NCBI GenBank assembly: GCA_965153355.1
Contig: OZ231126.1
Location: forward strand, 35,092,001-35,156,000
Direction: 5' to 3'
DNA: 64,000 nucleotides
Origin: Flaccisagitta enflata
Lineage: Eukaryota
Shown in pieces: positions 38,780 through 51,341 of this stretch (positions are counted from its first letter, which is position 1; each line of letters starts with the position of its first letter). Both the position numbers and the translations under genes were made by a program. The notes beneath the pieces are model-generated. The model was not told where the DNA came from and did not search any database. It was given only the letters and a program-made list of their open reading frames with translations.

Positions 38780-39395
38780 CTATCTAGCTCAAAAGTATAG
38801 AGGCAAACGTTTTGGACAATATCTCTGCTTTGAATAAAAAATCGATAGGAAAATCGGTGAGATTCAGAAACTAGAGCGAATTTCTGATCGAATGGCGCAA
38901 ACCGCGTTCATCTAAGTCAAAGCGTTTAGAAATGACAGCTCAAACAAGATTGCCACTCCAAATCGAAAAGGGCAAAAAAACGCGGACGCGGGAAATTCGA
39001 GTTTATGGAAGATGGCGCGCCTGCGCATCGCTACTGCCGACGACGAAGCGCAATGACACACCTAACACGGCACAAACTATTATTTTGTGATACCAGGAAA
39101 CAGCCCTGATCTGAACCCCATCAAATCGCATTGAGCACAAATGAAGCAGCTATAAAGCAAAGAACGTGCGACGTCGGCTGTAGGGCTGAAAAAAATCACT
39201 TCCAAAGTCTCGGGGAAGATCACGCCGTCTTACATCAAATCTCTCTACGAAAGCATGCCGAGGCGTATGAAGGTGGTTGTTGATGCCCAGGGAGGGAACA
39301 CCAAGTATTAAACGTATTCCGGAATTGTATTATGTATTATTTATTGAATAAATTATTTAATACTTATCTTGCCTCTATACTTTTGAGCTAGATAG
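38780..39395 (+). mobile_element. Tc1-type deletion derivative (616 bp) with a disrupted transposase C-terminus
   Basis: Perfect 27-bp TIR ctatctagctcaaaagtatagaggcaa, TA TSD; about 39093-39311 reads PGNSPDLNPIKSH*AQMKQL*...LYESMPRRMKVVVDAQGGNTKY*. Confidence 0.93.
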
Positions 39396-39816
39396 TATCA
39401 AAGATGAAAACGTTTAGTGCAAGGGCGCTTTAACTTGTTATCTCGGTACGTTAGCGGTTAGATCAGGGCTGGGTATCAAACCAATAAGTAGTTTCATGCG
39501 AGTGGGCAGGGTCTTTAGTGCGAGTGGGCTGGGGAAGAAGTGTCGCCGGCCTTTTTCCTTCCCAAGCTAAGCTGCCCTGCTGCTGGGCAGCATTTAGGAA
39601 CATTTAGGAACTAAATACATTTAGGAACATTTAGGAACTAAATACATTTAGGAACTTTGATGACGTTCATGAGGAAAGGATCTCATGATAACAACCTTAT
39701 TATATATTTACAGCACTTAATTTTTGTCGTGTATCTGCTCTCGGGCCGAAAATTCAACGCTCATGTTTATTTCAACGCTGGAAAATTTTTAAAATCTGAA
39801 ATTGTGTTTTACATTT

Positions 39817-40086
39817 CAGGCCTGTATATTATTGAGTTTTCAAAGGGTCTGGAGATGGGGAAGGAAATCGAAGGAGGAAAAAAGAGAAAAAAATAACTTT
39901 TGACAGTATCTAATCATAAAACATGATCAGTAAAACACAATTTAACACTATTTAAACCTTAATTACATTGTTTTATTGCTATATGGGAAAATCATATGCT
40001 ATTAAAAATGCAACGCGACATGTCGTGGGGAAGAAAATCAAAGGCAGGGGGGGGAATCAAAAGCGACTCAATAATATACACCTCTA
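39817..40086. mobile_element. hAT-like MITE (270 bp)
   Basis: TIR core tgtatattattgagt at both ends; TSD ttacattt / ttacgttt (7 of 8 match). Confidence 0.7.
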
Positions 40087-40289
40087 TTACGTTTCGATAT
40101 TTCTGCATACTAATCTGGATCACTGAAATATGGGTAAAACATGCTCAACGTGCAATTCGACACGATGTACATCATCCGTGCGATTTTTGAAGATGCGTAA
40201 TGGATTGACATTCGTATCGACCGACGGACTGGACGACGAACCGGCCGACGAACGGACGGCCAGGCAGCGATGACGCATCTAAAAAAAAC

Positions 40290-40520
40290 GTGACAAAACA
40301 TGAAATAACATGACAAAACATGACAAAACATGACAAAACATGACAAAACATGACAAAACATGACAAAACATGACAAAACATGTCAAAACATGACAAAACA
40401 TGACAAAACAAGACAAAACACGACAAAACATGACAAAAAATGACAAAACACGACAAAACATGACAAAACATGACAAAACATGACAAAACATGACAAAACA
40501 CGACAAAACATGACAAAAAA
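40290..40520. repeat. 10-bp minisatellite (catgacaaaa)n
   Basis: About 23 tandem units next to an agatgcgt...gacgcatct element. Confidence 0.95.
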
Positions 40521-40610
40521 TGACTAGACGATAAAAAGTAAAATGAACTAGGTCGATGTGACTTTGTGATCATTCCAGCAACAGATTATTCGACTGTTTT
40601 TATGTTTTTA

Positions 40611-40678
40611 TGTTGTTGCTGTTGTTGTTGTTGTTGTTATTGTTATTGTTGTTGTTGTTGTTGTTGTTGTTGCTGTTT

Positions 40679-40741
<63 letters not shown>
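40611..40741. repeat. (TTG/CAA)n tract directly after the IFT88 stop codon
   Basis: Direct reading. Confidence 0.95.
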
Positions 40742-40743
<2 letters not shown>

Positions 40744-40983
40744 ATTCCGGCAGCAGGTCGTCGGGCAGATCATCATCATCGAATCCGTCTTCATCGGTTG
40801 GTTTCATCCTGGCGGCCGTTTTGGGTCTCGACGGCGCATCCCCAAGCGGGTCGACGTACGCAGCCGCATCTCCTCCTCCTCCTCCCAAGTTACTCGTCGA
40901 CGAAGTCGCAAAGTCCAACTCGTCGTGAAATGTGTTGGATGCCCGTAAGGAGGACGATGTGGAACCGAATAAATCGTCGTGAC
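40742..40983 (-). CDS. IFT88: Terminal coding exon of intraflagellar transport protein 88
   Basis: Translates (G)HDDLFG...AAYVDPLGDAPSRPKTAARMKPTDEDGFDDDDLPDDLLPE*, matching the IFT88 C-terminus as I recall it for human (..SYVDPLGPQIERPKTAAKKRIDEDDFADEELGDDLLPE*). Acceptor cctcattttgtcag| (phase 1), TAA at 40744-40742. GC-rich island between microsatellites. Confidence 0.9.
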
Positions 40984-41336
40984 CTGACAAAATGAGGGGT
41001 GAATGAATGAATGAATAAATAAATGAATGAATAAATGAACAGATAAATGGAAAAAAGAATGTATGAATGAATTAGTAAATAAACATATGATTTAATGAAT
41101 GAATAAATGAATGAATGATTTGATGAATGAATGAATGAATGAATGAATGAATGAATGAATGAATGAATGAATGAATGAATGAATGAATGAAAATTCATGT
41201 GGGGGTGGTAGCCTGTACACACACACACACTTATACACACACTTGCCACTTGCTACCAGTAACACATTTATTTACTCACATTACAAATTACCCAAGTCAT
41301 TCTCTCAGTTATAAAGAAATAAAGAATGCGGAAATA

Positions 41337-41640
41337 AACAAGGCCGAATGTACGACCAATAAGAAGTTGCTTGCGGATGGGCAGGGGCAGTAAAGCGGGC
41401 GGGTAGGGGCACTAAAGCGGGCGGGTAGGGGCAGTAAAGCGGGCGGGTAGGGGCAGTAAAGCGGGCGGGTAGGGGCAGTAAATCGGGCGGGCAGGGGTAG
41501 TAAAGCGGGTGGGCAGGGGTAGCATGTGTGTGAGCGGGGGATGTTGCTTGGCTGGACTGCACTAGAAATCACTTCTCTGCCGATTTCACGTCATCCCAAA
41601 TTCCGCGTTACCAACCTACGGGAACAGCTTCTTTAGAATC
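41337..41640 (-). mobile_element. HINE-like element with 20-bp G-rich tandem repeat (ggcgggtaggggcagtaaagc-like)
   Basis: aacaaggccg end; the array derives from the family A gggcaggggcagt motif. Confidence 0.6.
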
Positions 41641-42496
41641 AAGCCCGACCGGGCAACGATGCGTCCGGATCGTGTGTCTGCATGTATTGATCATATGACA
41701 TATGTGAATACTAAAATAACATGCAAAAGGTTGATGGCACCATCAATATCAGATAGTATAAGATATTAAATTCTAAGACCTTTAGTGTTTTTATTTTATC
41801 AAATTTCATTCATCTTCCATTTTTTTCAAAACCCCTTTTCAGACGCTAATTTGTATACTACTGTGTTGATGATTTTCTATCAGTATCATTGTCACTGAAC
41901 TTAATCAGATTCAATACATGAATAGCTTTATGCTGACTCTAGTTTCAATAAAGTACTGGTTGTTTATTTATCACCAAAGTTGTATAAATAGACAATAACC
42001 AATCTTTTTTCTGGTAGTTATGAATCTTATTTTCACTAAAACTTAGTGCAGATGCTGGAAATATATATATTTTTGATAATCTCTTCATACAAAGCAAAAA
42101 CGGAAGATTTGTGATGGAAATTTGGAAAAATAAAAACGCTAAAAGTTTTAAAATATTTTTGTTTACACTCCATGATGTCGATGATCTAATCAAACATACT
42201 TTTGCATATTGACACACCCGAATGTGACACGTTTGTTGATCATTAGATTCAGTACAGGATCTCACCGTGGCCTAATCAGTTTAAGAGGCACCAGGTTTTC
42301 GCACAGGCGTTAGGATCAAGGATGACGACGGACTTGACGACAGACTTCATAGAGATGTTCCTGACGGACGCATCTAAAAAAAATTTAAACAAAAATGTAC
42401 AAAAGAAAAAGAAAGAAACGCATCGATACTTTCTTCCGTCAACTTTCACGCCAAATCAGAATAAAAGAGAAAATGTCAACAAGGAAAAAAAACCTT

Positions 42497-42800
<304 letters not shown>

Positions 42801-42997
42801 AGAAGAAGAGGAGACACTAAAACATTTTATGTATTCATCATTAGAGTCATTCATTCAATCATTCAGACATTCATTTATTCATTCTTTCATTCATTCATTC
42901 ATTCATTCATTCATTCATTTATTCATTCATTCATTCATCCACTCAGACATTCATTTATTCATTCATTCATTCATTCCTTAAATGGATCAAACCAAAC

Positions 42998-43081
42998 CTG
43001 TGGATCCAAGATCATCGATTCCCAGATTTTTGCCAAAGTCGTTTCCAGTGGATTTCCCGCCTTCTTTGACACCGTTTGATC
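42998..43081 (-). CDS. IFT88: Probable penultimate IFT88 exon (84 nt, phase 1-1)
   Basis: aacaag|GATCAAAC...TCCACAG|gtttgg; open frame GSNGVKEGGKSTGNDFGKNLGIDDLGST joins in frame to the terminal exon. Unique island between (TCAT)n and a minisatellite. Falls in the poorly conserved G/S-rich part of IFT88, so no homology confirmation. Confidence 0.6.
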
Positions 43082-43546
43082 CTTGTTAAGATCAAAATGA
43101 AATAAAATGACCCTTGTTAAGATCGAAATGAAATAAAATGAAATGACCTTTGTTAGGATCAAAATTAAAGGACCCTTGTTAAGATCAAAATGAATAAAAT
43201 GAAATGACCCTTGTTGAGGTCAAAATAAAATAAAATGAAATGACCCTTGTTGAGGTCAAAATGAAATAAAATGAATGACTTTTGTTGAGGTCAAAATAAA
43301 AGATCAAAATAAGATAAAATGAAATGACTCTTGTTAAGATCAAAATGAAATGAAATGACCCTTGTTAAGATCAAAATGAAATAAAATGAAATGACCCTTG
43401 TTGAGGTCAAAATAAGATAAAATGAAACGACTCTTGTTAAGATCAAAATGAAATGAAATGACCCTTGTAAGGATCAAATGAAATGAAAGGAACCTAGTTA
43501 TGATCAAAATGAAAAAAAATGAAATGATCATTGTTATGATCAAAAT
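43082..43546. repeat. About 30-35-bp minisatellite (gacccttgttaagatcaaaatgaaataaaatgaaat)
   Basis: Visible tandem units abutting the putative IFT88 acceptor. Confidence 0.9.
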
Positions 43547-43717
43547 GTGATGAAATTTTCACCATTTTAGGTGCGCCATAGCACCGCTATTACTAGCTCT
43601 GTCTGACGGTTGGTTGGTTGGTTGGTCGGTAACGCTCGAGTTGAAAATCTCTAAAAGAAGCAAAAATCACTGGAAATGATTGAGAAATATCATATGATGA
43701 TTTTTCGGTGCGCCATG

Positions 43718-44150
43718 GCCTCCGCTTTATTTGTTTACCATTTGTCATATGTTTGACCTTTTGTTCATTTGTTTACCTTTTGTTTTTCCTGATCTTCTGC
43801 CTCCGCTTTGTTTGTTTATCATTTGTCATTTGTTTGACCCTTTGTTCATTTGTTTACCTTTTGTTTTTCCTGATCTTCTGCCTCCGCTTTGTTTACCATT
43901 TGTCATTTGATTGACCCTTTGTTCATTTGTTTACCTTTTGTTTTTCCTGATCTTCTGCCTCCGCTTTGTTTACCATTTGTCATATGTTTGACCCTTTGTT
44001 CATTTGTTTGACCCTTTGTTCATTTGTTTACCTTTTGTTTTTCCTGATCTTCTGCCTTTGCTTTGTTTGTTTGTCATTTGTCATATGTTTGACCCTTTGT
44101 TCATTTGTTTACCTTTTGTTTTTCCTGATCTTCTGCCTCCGCTTTGTTGT
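43718..44150. repeat. About 75-80-bp minisatellite
   Basis: Repeated ttttgtttttcctgatcttctgcctccgctttgtt...tttgaccctttgttcatttgtttacc. Confidence 0.9.
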
Positions 44151-45343
44151 CGTGCCTCATTTTCTTCCCGCATTTTTTCCGCCTTTTTCAACTTGACAGC
44201 GTAATCCTAAATCAAAGAGACAAGAATTACTTTTAATGGTAAGTCGATGAGAGTAATACTACTTTAAAAATAAAAAACACTAAAACGAATCATCATTTTA
44301 TTGATTGTGCGTTATTGTGTACTATGTCTGTCAGGGTGCTTAAAAAAGCCAAATTTACTTTTGCTTGGCAAAAATGTTTTTCATTTGCAAAAATGCTTTC
44401 AAATAAACTATTGTGCAATTTTCAAATCACTCGGGAACCATCATATGGATGACTAAAGATTCCATATATCTGAATGAGAGAGACAAAATTTGCAAAATAA
44501 CAATATACGTTCCAATGATGATTCAGAGCAAATTATAATCTCACGCTGGAGATGGCTTAGTTGAAAGCATCTTTGCAAACAACGAAGCCAAGTAGGCCAA
44601 TAAGATGCGACATGTGGATTGTTGAAGGAATATGTTACCTAGCCAACCAACCAACCAACCAACCAACGGACACAGCTAGTTACAGAGGTTTTTTGTCGCA
44701 CACAAAAAAAGAAAAATTGTCAGGCTAAATACAATTCCATTCTAGGCACTCTAACAGACGTATTGTGTAAATATGTCACATTTTCTTTTCTTGGGCTGTA
44801 TAGAAAATGCCAGATACACGGCTACCCTAGTCGCGTACGGGTGGGCGGAAGCAGTGATGGAGAAGGTTACCGGGGAATTTGGGCAGGAGCGCTGAGCTCA
44901 AAACTGCTCAAAAACGCTGAAAAAGTAAAATGGGGACTGACCAATTAACGGACGGACGGACAAAGCGGGGTGTAGAGTCGCGTAGCACGCGACTAATGAC
45001 AGGCAACACCGCAAGATATATATCGACATTTTTAAACCATGAACAAGCAATCAAGCGTTAAATCGAGGTGAATTTGTTAGGATTGCATTGCTGCATGCAA
45101 TATCTCGATCTGTACAGGTTCCCCGTTATTGCTGTAGTCAATGGTGAAAGCTGATGATGATAAACTTTGTAAACCACCGATCTCCGTGTGTTGTCCTCAT
45201 GGATATGTCATCGACGAAATTCATCCTCAATTGGGACAACGACCAACCCGAAGGTTCTGTTTTCAACCCCACTACAAACAACCACGACCGCGCGCCTGCA
45301 GCTTCTTCCGCTTTCATCCTCAGAGACACCTTCATCACTGCCA

Positions 45344-46625
45344 ATGTCGGATGTTGAAAACCCGCTTCGGCGAACTTTAACGACGATGACAACCACAATG
45401 GTGACGCCAACACAAAGGCCATCACCTACGCCATCGCCAACGCCAATCCCGCGAACGCCAACGCCATTCCAGATGCCGATGCCACAACCAACGCCAATGC
45501 TACGAGCGTCAACCCCAATCCAGATGACGTTCACTAGCGAAACTTCTCCTTCGCCGTCCTCCTCCGGCTTGCCCACGTATGCTCCGTCCTTCAGCTGCTC
45601 GTCTCAAGCTATTTCCGCCTCCTCTTCTTCTCCTTCCACCTCCTCCTCCTCCTCCTCCTCCACCTCCTACTCTTCTCCTTCTTCTTCATCCTCGTTTCTT
45701 GGCTCCACAACGTCATCATCAAACTCCTCCTCTTTATCAGTCTCCTTGTATTCAAACGCCACTCCATCGTCATCCACGTCTACCACGTCTTCAACCGCCC
45801 ATTATTTCAACTCCTCCTCCTGCTTCTCCTCCTGCTCCTCCTCCTCTTCAGCCTCACCAATTGGTTCCTCCATGTCGTCATTAAAAGCATCTTCGTTTTC
45901 AAACGCCTCTCGATCGTCATCCACGTTTATCACACCTTCAACCGCCTGTTATTTCAACTCCTCTGTCATCGCCTCCGTCTGCTCCTCCTCCTCTTCCTCC
46001 GAATCGTCGTCCTCCTCTTCATCCTATCGTCGCTTCCTTCAAAAAGCCTCATCCTCCTCGAAATCTTCGTCAACCTCAAAGTCATCCTCATCTTCATCAA
46101 CTTCTGCTTCATCTTCATCTTCATCTTCATCTTCACCTTCATCTTCCTCGTCTTCACCTTCATCTTCTTCATCTTCATCTTCCTCGTCATCTCCTCCCTC
46201 CCTCTTCTTCCTCTTCCTGCTCCTCTTCTCCCTGCTCGGCGTCTGCCAATCGGGCATCGAGGAGCTTTACACGGCCATTCCTGTCGGGGCTTCGATTTCC
46301 TTCGAGTGTTATTCCGAGACTCCGGCGGTTTGGGTCAAACAGTCTCCGGATTTGCAGCACGTCGAGTTTCTGTCTCACAACGGATTTCCCATCGACAATT
46401 CCGTCAATCTCAACAAATTCGCCTTCACCAAATTCGGAAATCGTTACGTTCTCATCGTCAAAAACGTGCTGTTCGCCGACGCCGGGATTTACAAATGCTC
46501 CAACGTGATGCAGGCCTCGTTGACGGTCGTGGCGCCGCCCATCTGCGACCCGCAGCGTCTCGTCGCCGTGCCGGAAAATCACGATCTCAGCGTCAGTTGC
46601 AGAGTTAATTTCGCCGGAGCGCCGC

Positions 46626-46628
<3 letters not shown>
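45344..46628 (+). CDS. Large exon of an immunoglobulin-superfamily secreted/cell-surface protein: Thr/Pro/Ser-rich N-terminus, hydrophobic segment, one full Ig domain and the start of a second
   Basis: In ORF 45188-46750: LFFLFLLLFSLLGVCQS (46202-46252), then Ig hallmarks FEC...VWVK...YVLIVKNV..DAGIYKC...SLTVV and a second domain start ENHDLSVSCRVNF. Phase-1 donor CCGG|GTGAGA at 46629. Start codon uncertain (first ATG of the ORF 45344; closest in-frame ATG to the hydrophobic segment 45872). Confidence 0.8.
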
Positions 46629-46718
<90 letters not shown>

Positions 46719-46757
46719 GCTCAAACACACAAATGCAAGTTGAATTCTAAGCATGTA

Positions 46758-47147
46758 CAGAAGGACCACTAATTTAGCGTGAGGCGGCACATTTTTTAGC
46801 ACCACCCCCTACAGCTCAAACCCATTAACTAATTTTTTCACTCAGAACAACTTTGGATACCTTGAGGCAATACAAATGGCGCCACCGTAGGGATTTTTGA
46901 GTTTCCACTTTTATCCCCTCCAAATTCTCATTTTTTGCCGACCCCTGAACCACCCCCGAGGGCCAAAAAATCGCATAATTGGGGGTGTTAAAAGTGGAAA
47001 TTCAAAAATCGCCACGGTGGCGCCATTTGTATTGCCCCAAGGTATCCAGAACAGTTCCAAGTGAAAAAATTGGTTAATGGGTTTGAGCTGTAGGGGGTGG
47101 TGCTAAAACTTTATGTGCCGCCTCACGCTAAATAAGTGGTCCTTCTG
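46758..47147. mobile_element. 390-bp palindromic Tc1/mariner-type MITE in the Ig-gene intron
   Basis: Ends cagaaggaccact.atttagcgtgaggcggcaca, arms of about 160 bp, TA TSD. Confidence 0.9.
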
Positions 47148-49876
47148 TACAGAGTCGTAAACACAACTTGATTTGCTTATTGGAGTAAGGATGAACAGAA
47201 ACAGAACACGCTCTTTAATAGGCGTGTTTTCCTCGAATAAGACAGCCGCAATTTTGAAACGCCACAATAGACTTTGCAGTATTTCTTAGTTGCGATCAAA
47301 TGAAATATTCATAGAAAATATGTAAAGTACCAATAGCCTGAAGTCGCCAATCGATGGCACTGCATCAATTTCAGAGGTTGTGACTGACCAAAAACCAATG
47401 CAAGAATCAAGATGAATTCTGCTTCAAAAACTCTCCCAACTGACACTAGCTGTTTGACTATTTTGGAGGTGGCCCAGGCGTCGAACACAGATACGCCAAC
47501 GGAGGGCCGCCGTGGAGACGAGTAGTCCTAACGGGACTGACCGCTGGATGGGTATATCAGCTAGACTCTCATAGCTGAAAAGGACGGATGAAAAGTGAAA
47601 TGAATTACCGTATTGCTGATACCAGGGTATAAACACTCATCTGCAAAAAAATTAATCATTTTTCGTTTGTCTGTCTGTGGGTCGACTCGTTCAGCCATCC
47701 TGTCTGCCTGTCCGCCTGTCTGCCTGTCTGCCTGAAAAAAGGCGGATTTGATCGGCGATTATGGACACAAAAATCTGAGGCGACTAACTGTCAAAATGGT
47801 TGACGTATGGATGGAGAAACGAGACGGCCATGTAGCCAAAGATGTAAGAACAGGTCGCCCAGGGGCAATATGTGGTCAGCGATACCCGTTGCCCTGCTTT
47901 GCATGATTGTGAATTTGTGTGAGGGGAAGCAGGGCAGCGGCCCCGAAGTCCTGTAGAACACAGGGAGACTTTCGTTTGTCATACCTGACAACATTGATGA
48001 GATGCTATAGTGCACTGATTGAAGGCTTTCAAGAGTCTGAAGGCTTTCCCAAGGCTTAAATGGCCATCAGGTCTGATTTGAAGCCTGACAGCGCTACTTT
48101 GAAGCCTGTGAGCCCTATTTTGAAGCCTCAGAGGGCTAATTTGTGGCCTCAGAGGGCTAGTTTGAGGCCTGAGAGGGCTAATTTGAGGCCTGAGAGGCCA
48201 GGTTTGAGACCTGAGAGACCAGATTTGAGGCCTGAGGGGCCGGATTTGAGGCCTGAGGGGCCAGATTTGAGGCCTGAGAGGCCGGATTTGAGGCCTGAGA
48301 GGTCGGATTTGAGGCCTGAGAGGCCGGATTTGAGGCCTGAGAGGCCAGATTTGAGACCTGAGAGGCTGGATGTGGGGTCTGAGGAGCTTGAATGGGGGGG
48401 GACGCACGGACGAATGGACGGACGAACGAAAGTCCCCCTGTGTTCTACAGGACTTCGTCCCCTTCGCTGCCCAAAAAGCGAGAAAGGAAAACAAGGCCGG
48501 ATACACGGCTACTCTAGTCGCGTGCGGGTGGGCAGGGGCAGTTATGGAGAAGGTCACTGGGGTGTTTGGGCAGAAGCAGTGGGCTCAAAAACGCCAAAAT
48601 AGTAAAATGGGGACTGACTGACAGATGGGCGGACGGACGGTCGGATATAGCAGGCTGTAGAGTCGCGTGGCACGCGACCAAAAAAGAATCCTCTGCGTTA
48701 AAGACGGCTAAGATCTGCCTCATCATCGGGCTTAAGAAAGGATCTGATAAAAAAAGAAATCATGTCACTCAGGCTGACAGCCTCTGCTGAACCTAGAGAG
48801 GGAGAAAAAAAGGAAGATAACACAAAATAAAGACCAAAAGAAGAATGAAGGGGAGAAGAAAAAGAAAAAGAAAAAGGAAAGAAAAAGAAAAAGAAAAAGA
48901 AAAAGAAAAAAAAAGAAAGCGAAAAAGAAAAAAGTAAGAGAAAGAAAAAGAAAACGAAAAAAAAAAAAAAAAGAGAAAAAGAGAGAAAAAGTTGGTGACG
49001 AAAAAGAAAAGGAAAAAGAGACATGGCGGGTGATCAAGCTCCTTGATAGCCTCTTTGTGAATCTGAAGAAATTCATGATTCAAGGTGGCCCATGCCGTCT
49101 GAACGACAAGCAATAGAAACAAGGCCGGGTACATGGCTACCCAAGTCGCGTGCGGGTGGACTGAGGCAGTGATGTAAAATGCCAACTCAAGCATTTGGGC
49201 AGGAGTGCCCAAAAACGCAAAAAACGCCGAAAAAGCAAACGGTGACCAACCAACCGACATAGCGGATTATAGAGTCGCGTGCATTCGACTAAAAAGAAGC
49301 AAACTAAGCAAGTTGCTCATTACGAATGAGTGGGTAAACAACAACAAAAATAGTTTTTGTCGCGGACGGACACGTCATCTTATTTAACGTGGCCGTGTCA
49401 GTCCGAATTGGTTGTCGGACTTGAAATTGAGGCTGAGGTCCCTGTGCATTTATCGCCTCTACGACCATGCTTGTGCTCCACTTGTTTTTTACCTGTACCA
49501 AAGCGTATTAAAGCTTAAACGATGACCTGATCATGTTTCTGGCCTTTGACGATAAAAAGAGCATGAAGGAGCAAATCTTTATAAAAGAGACGGCAAAAAT
49601 GCAGGACAGATAATAAAAAAAAATTATCAAAATGTATTTCTTTAAAAGAACAAGGCCAGATACACGGCTACCGAAGTCGCGTGCGGGTGGGCAGGGGCCA
49701 TTTTTGAGGTCACCAGACCATTTGGGCAAGAGCAGTGAGGTCAAAGAAATAAAATTATAAAAAAAAGTAAAGTGTGACGGACGGATGGACCGACCGACCG
49801 ACCGACGGACAAAGCAGGTTGTAGAGTCGCGTGCACGCGACTAAAAATGTTGAAGAAGGGGAAAGGCAGAAGAAAA

Positions 49877-49965
<89 letters not shown>

Positions 49966-50517
49966 ATTCATCTAAGAATAGCATATGTTCAGCGATAACC
50001 GGTAGCCTGCTTTGAGTGTTTAACCAAAGTGGGATGAGAGCAGAACAGCGGCCCCAAAAGGCTAATGATCCATAGAACACAGGGGTAAATTTCTTTGGTA
50101 TGTGAAGAAAATTAGATTTAATGGAGGAGACTGAATAGTGGTTTAGCAGGGTTAATTTGAGACCTTAGAAAAACTAATTCGAAGTCTCAGAGGTAAGTTG
50201 AGGTCATTGAATGGGTAACTTTGAGTTAAATCTTAGATTTGAGAGAGCCAGGAACGATTCTACAGGGCATCGGCTCTTGGAGGCCGCTGCCCATAAAAAG
50301 AGAGGGAGTAAGTCTCTTCACGGAGGTCAGAATAAGTAACATGGGGTCGAAAGTGCGAAGGTTACGTAGAAATATTTCTTTGTTTGTTTGGTTTTCTCCA
50401 ACTTTCTGCTCTGCCGAGTTTAATTATATTCATAAATCTCGGCCTGGAGATGGAGATGGAAATGTAGGAAAAACAAAAGAGAAAAAGACAGGAACCAAGA
50501 ATTATGAACACAATGAA

Positions 50518-50656
<139 letters not shown>

Positions 50657-51341
50657 CTGAGACAGAGAGACTGAGACAGAGAGACAGAGAGACAGAGAGA
50701 CAGACAGAGAGACAGAGAGACAAAGAGAAACAGGCAGAGAAAAAAGGGGAAAACAAAGAAAGAAACAAAGATAAAGAGGAAGAAAAAAAGAAACAAAGAT
50801 TAGGAAACAAAGATAAAGAAAAAGAAAGAGAGAAGAGGTAAAAAAAAAGGCTGGCAGAGAAAGACCAAAGGAAACCGGGCAATAACCGGAGAGGGGGAAA
50901 AAAAAAAAAAGAGTAAAAAATTGTACGTCACAAACTGAAATAAAATACAAGAAGTGAGAGAATGAAAAAAGGAGAGAATACAACTCGAACGAAAAAAGCA
51001 AAAGAAGAACAAGTATGTTTATTTCTAGTCGTGGACTAGCGACTCTACACCTTGCCTTGTCGGTCGGTCCGTCCGTCCGTCCATCCAAAATATTTCTAAA
51101 CTAGCGAGCGGTTTTCGCATTACTGCTCCTGCCCAACCGTCCGCTACTGGATTGCCGTGTATCCGGCCTTGTTTGGTTGGGCAGAGGCTAAAGCCTAAAT
51201 AACGCGTTTCTCACTTTTTAACTCGACCATCATAAACCAACCGGCGGACGGACTGACTGACGAACCACCTTACCAACGGACCATCTCATCAATTGCAGAG
51301 ATTGTGTAATCAATGATTACTAATCATCACCTCTCCGCGTA

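Noticed and set aside
40566..40948. Poly-Cys, poly-Leu and poly-Asn ORFs
   Set aside because: (TTG)n tract plus alternative or antisense frames of the IFT88 terminal exon.
46039..46257. Antisense poly-Asp/Glu ORF as an IFT88 exon or separate gene
   Set aside because: It is the automatic complement of (TCN)n; the sense frame is continuous with the Ig domain and I recall no such tract in IFT88.
47979..48602. (LRPQIRP)n and (LRPERPD)n ORFs of 180-192 aa
   Set aside because: 21-bp tandem array of a family B element; other copies do not keep the frame.
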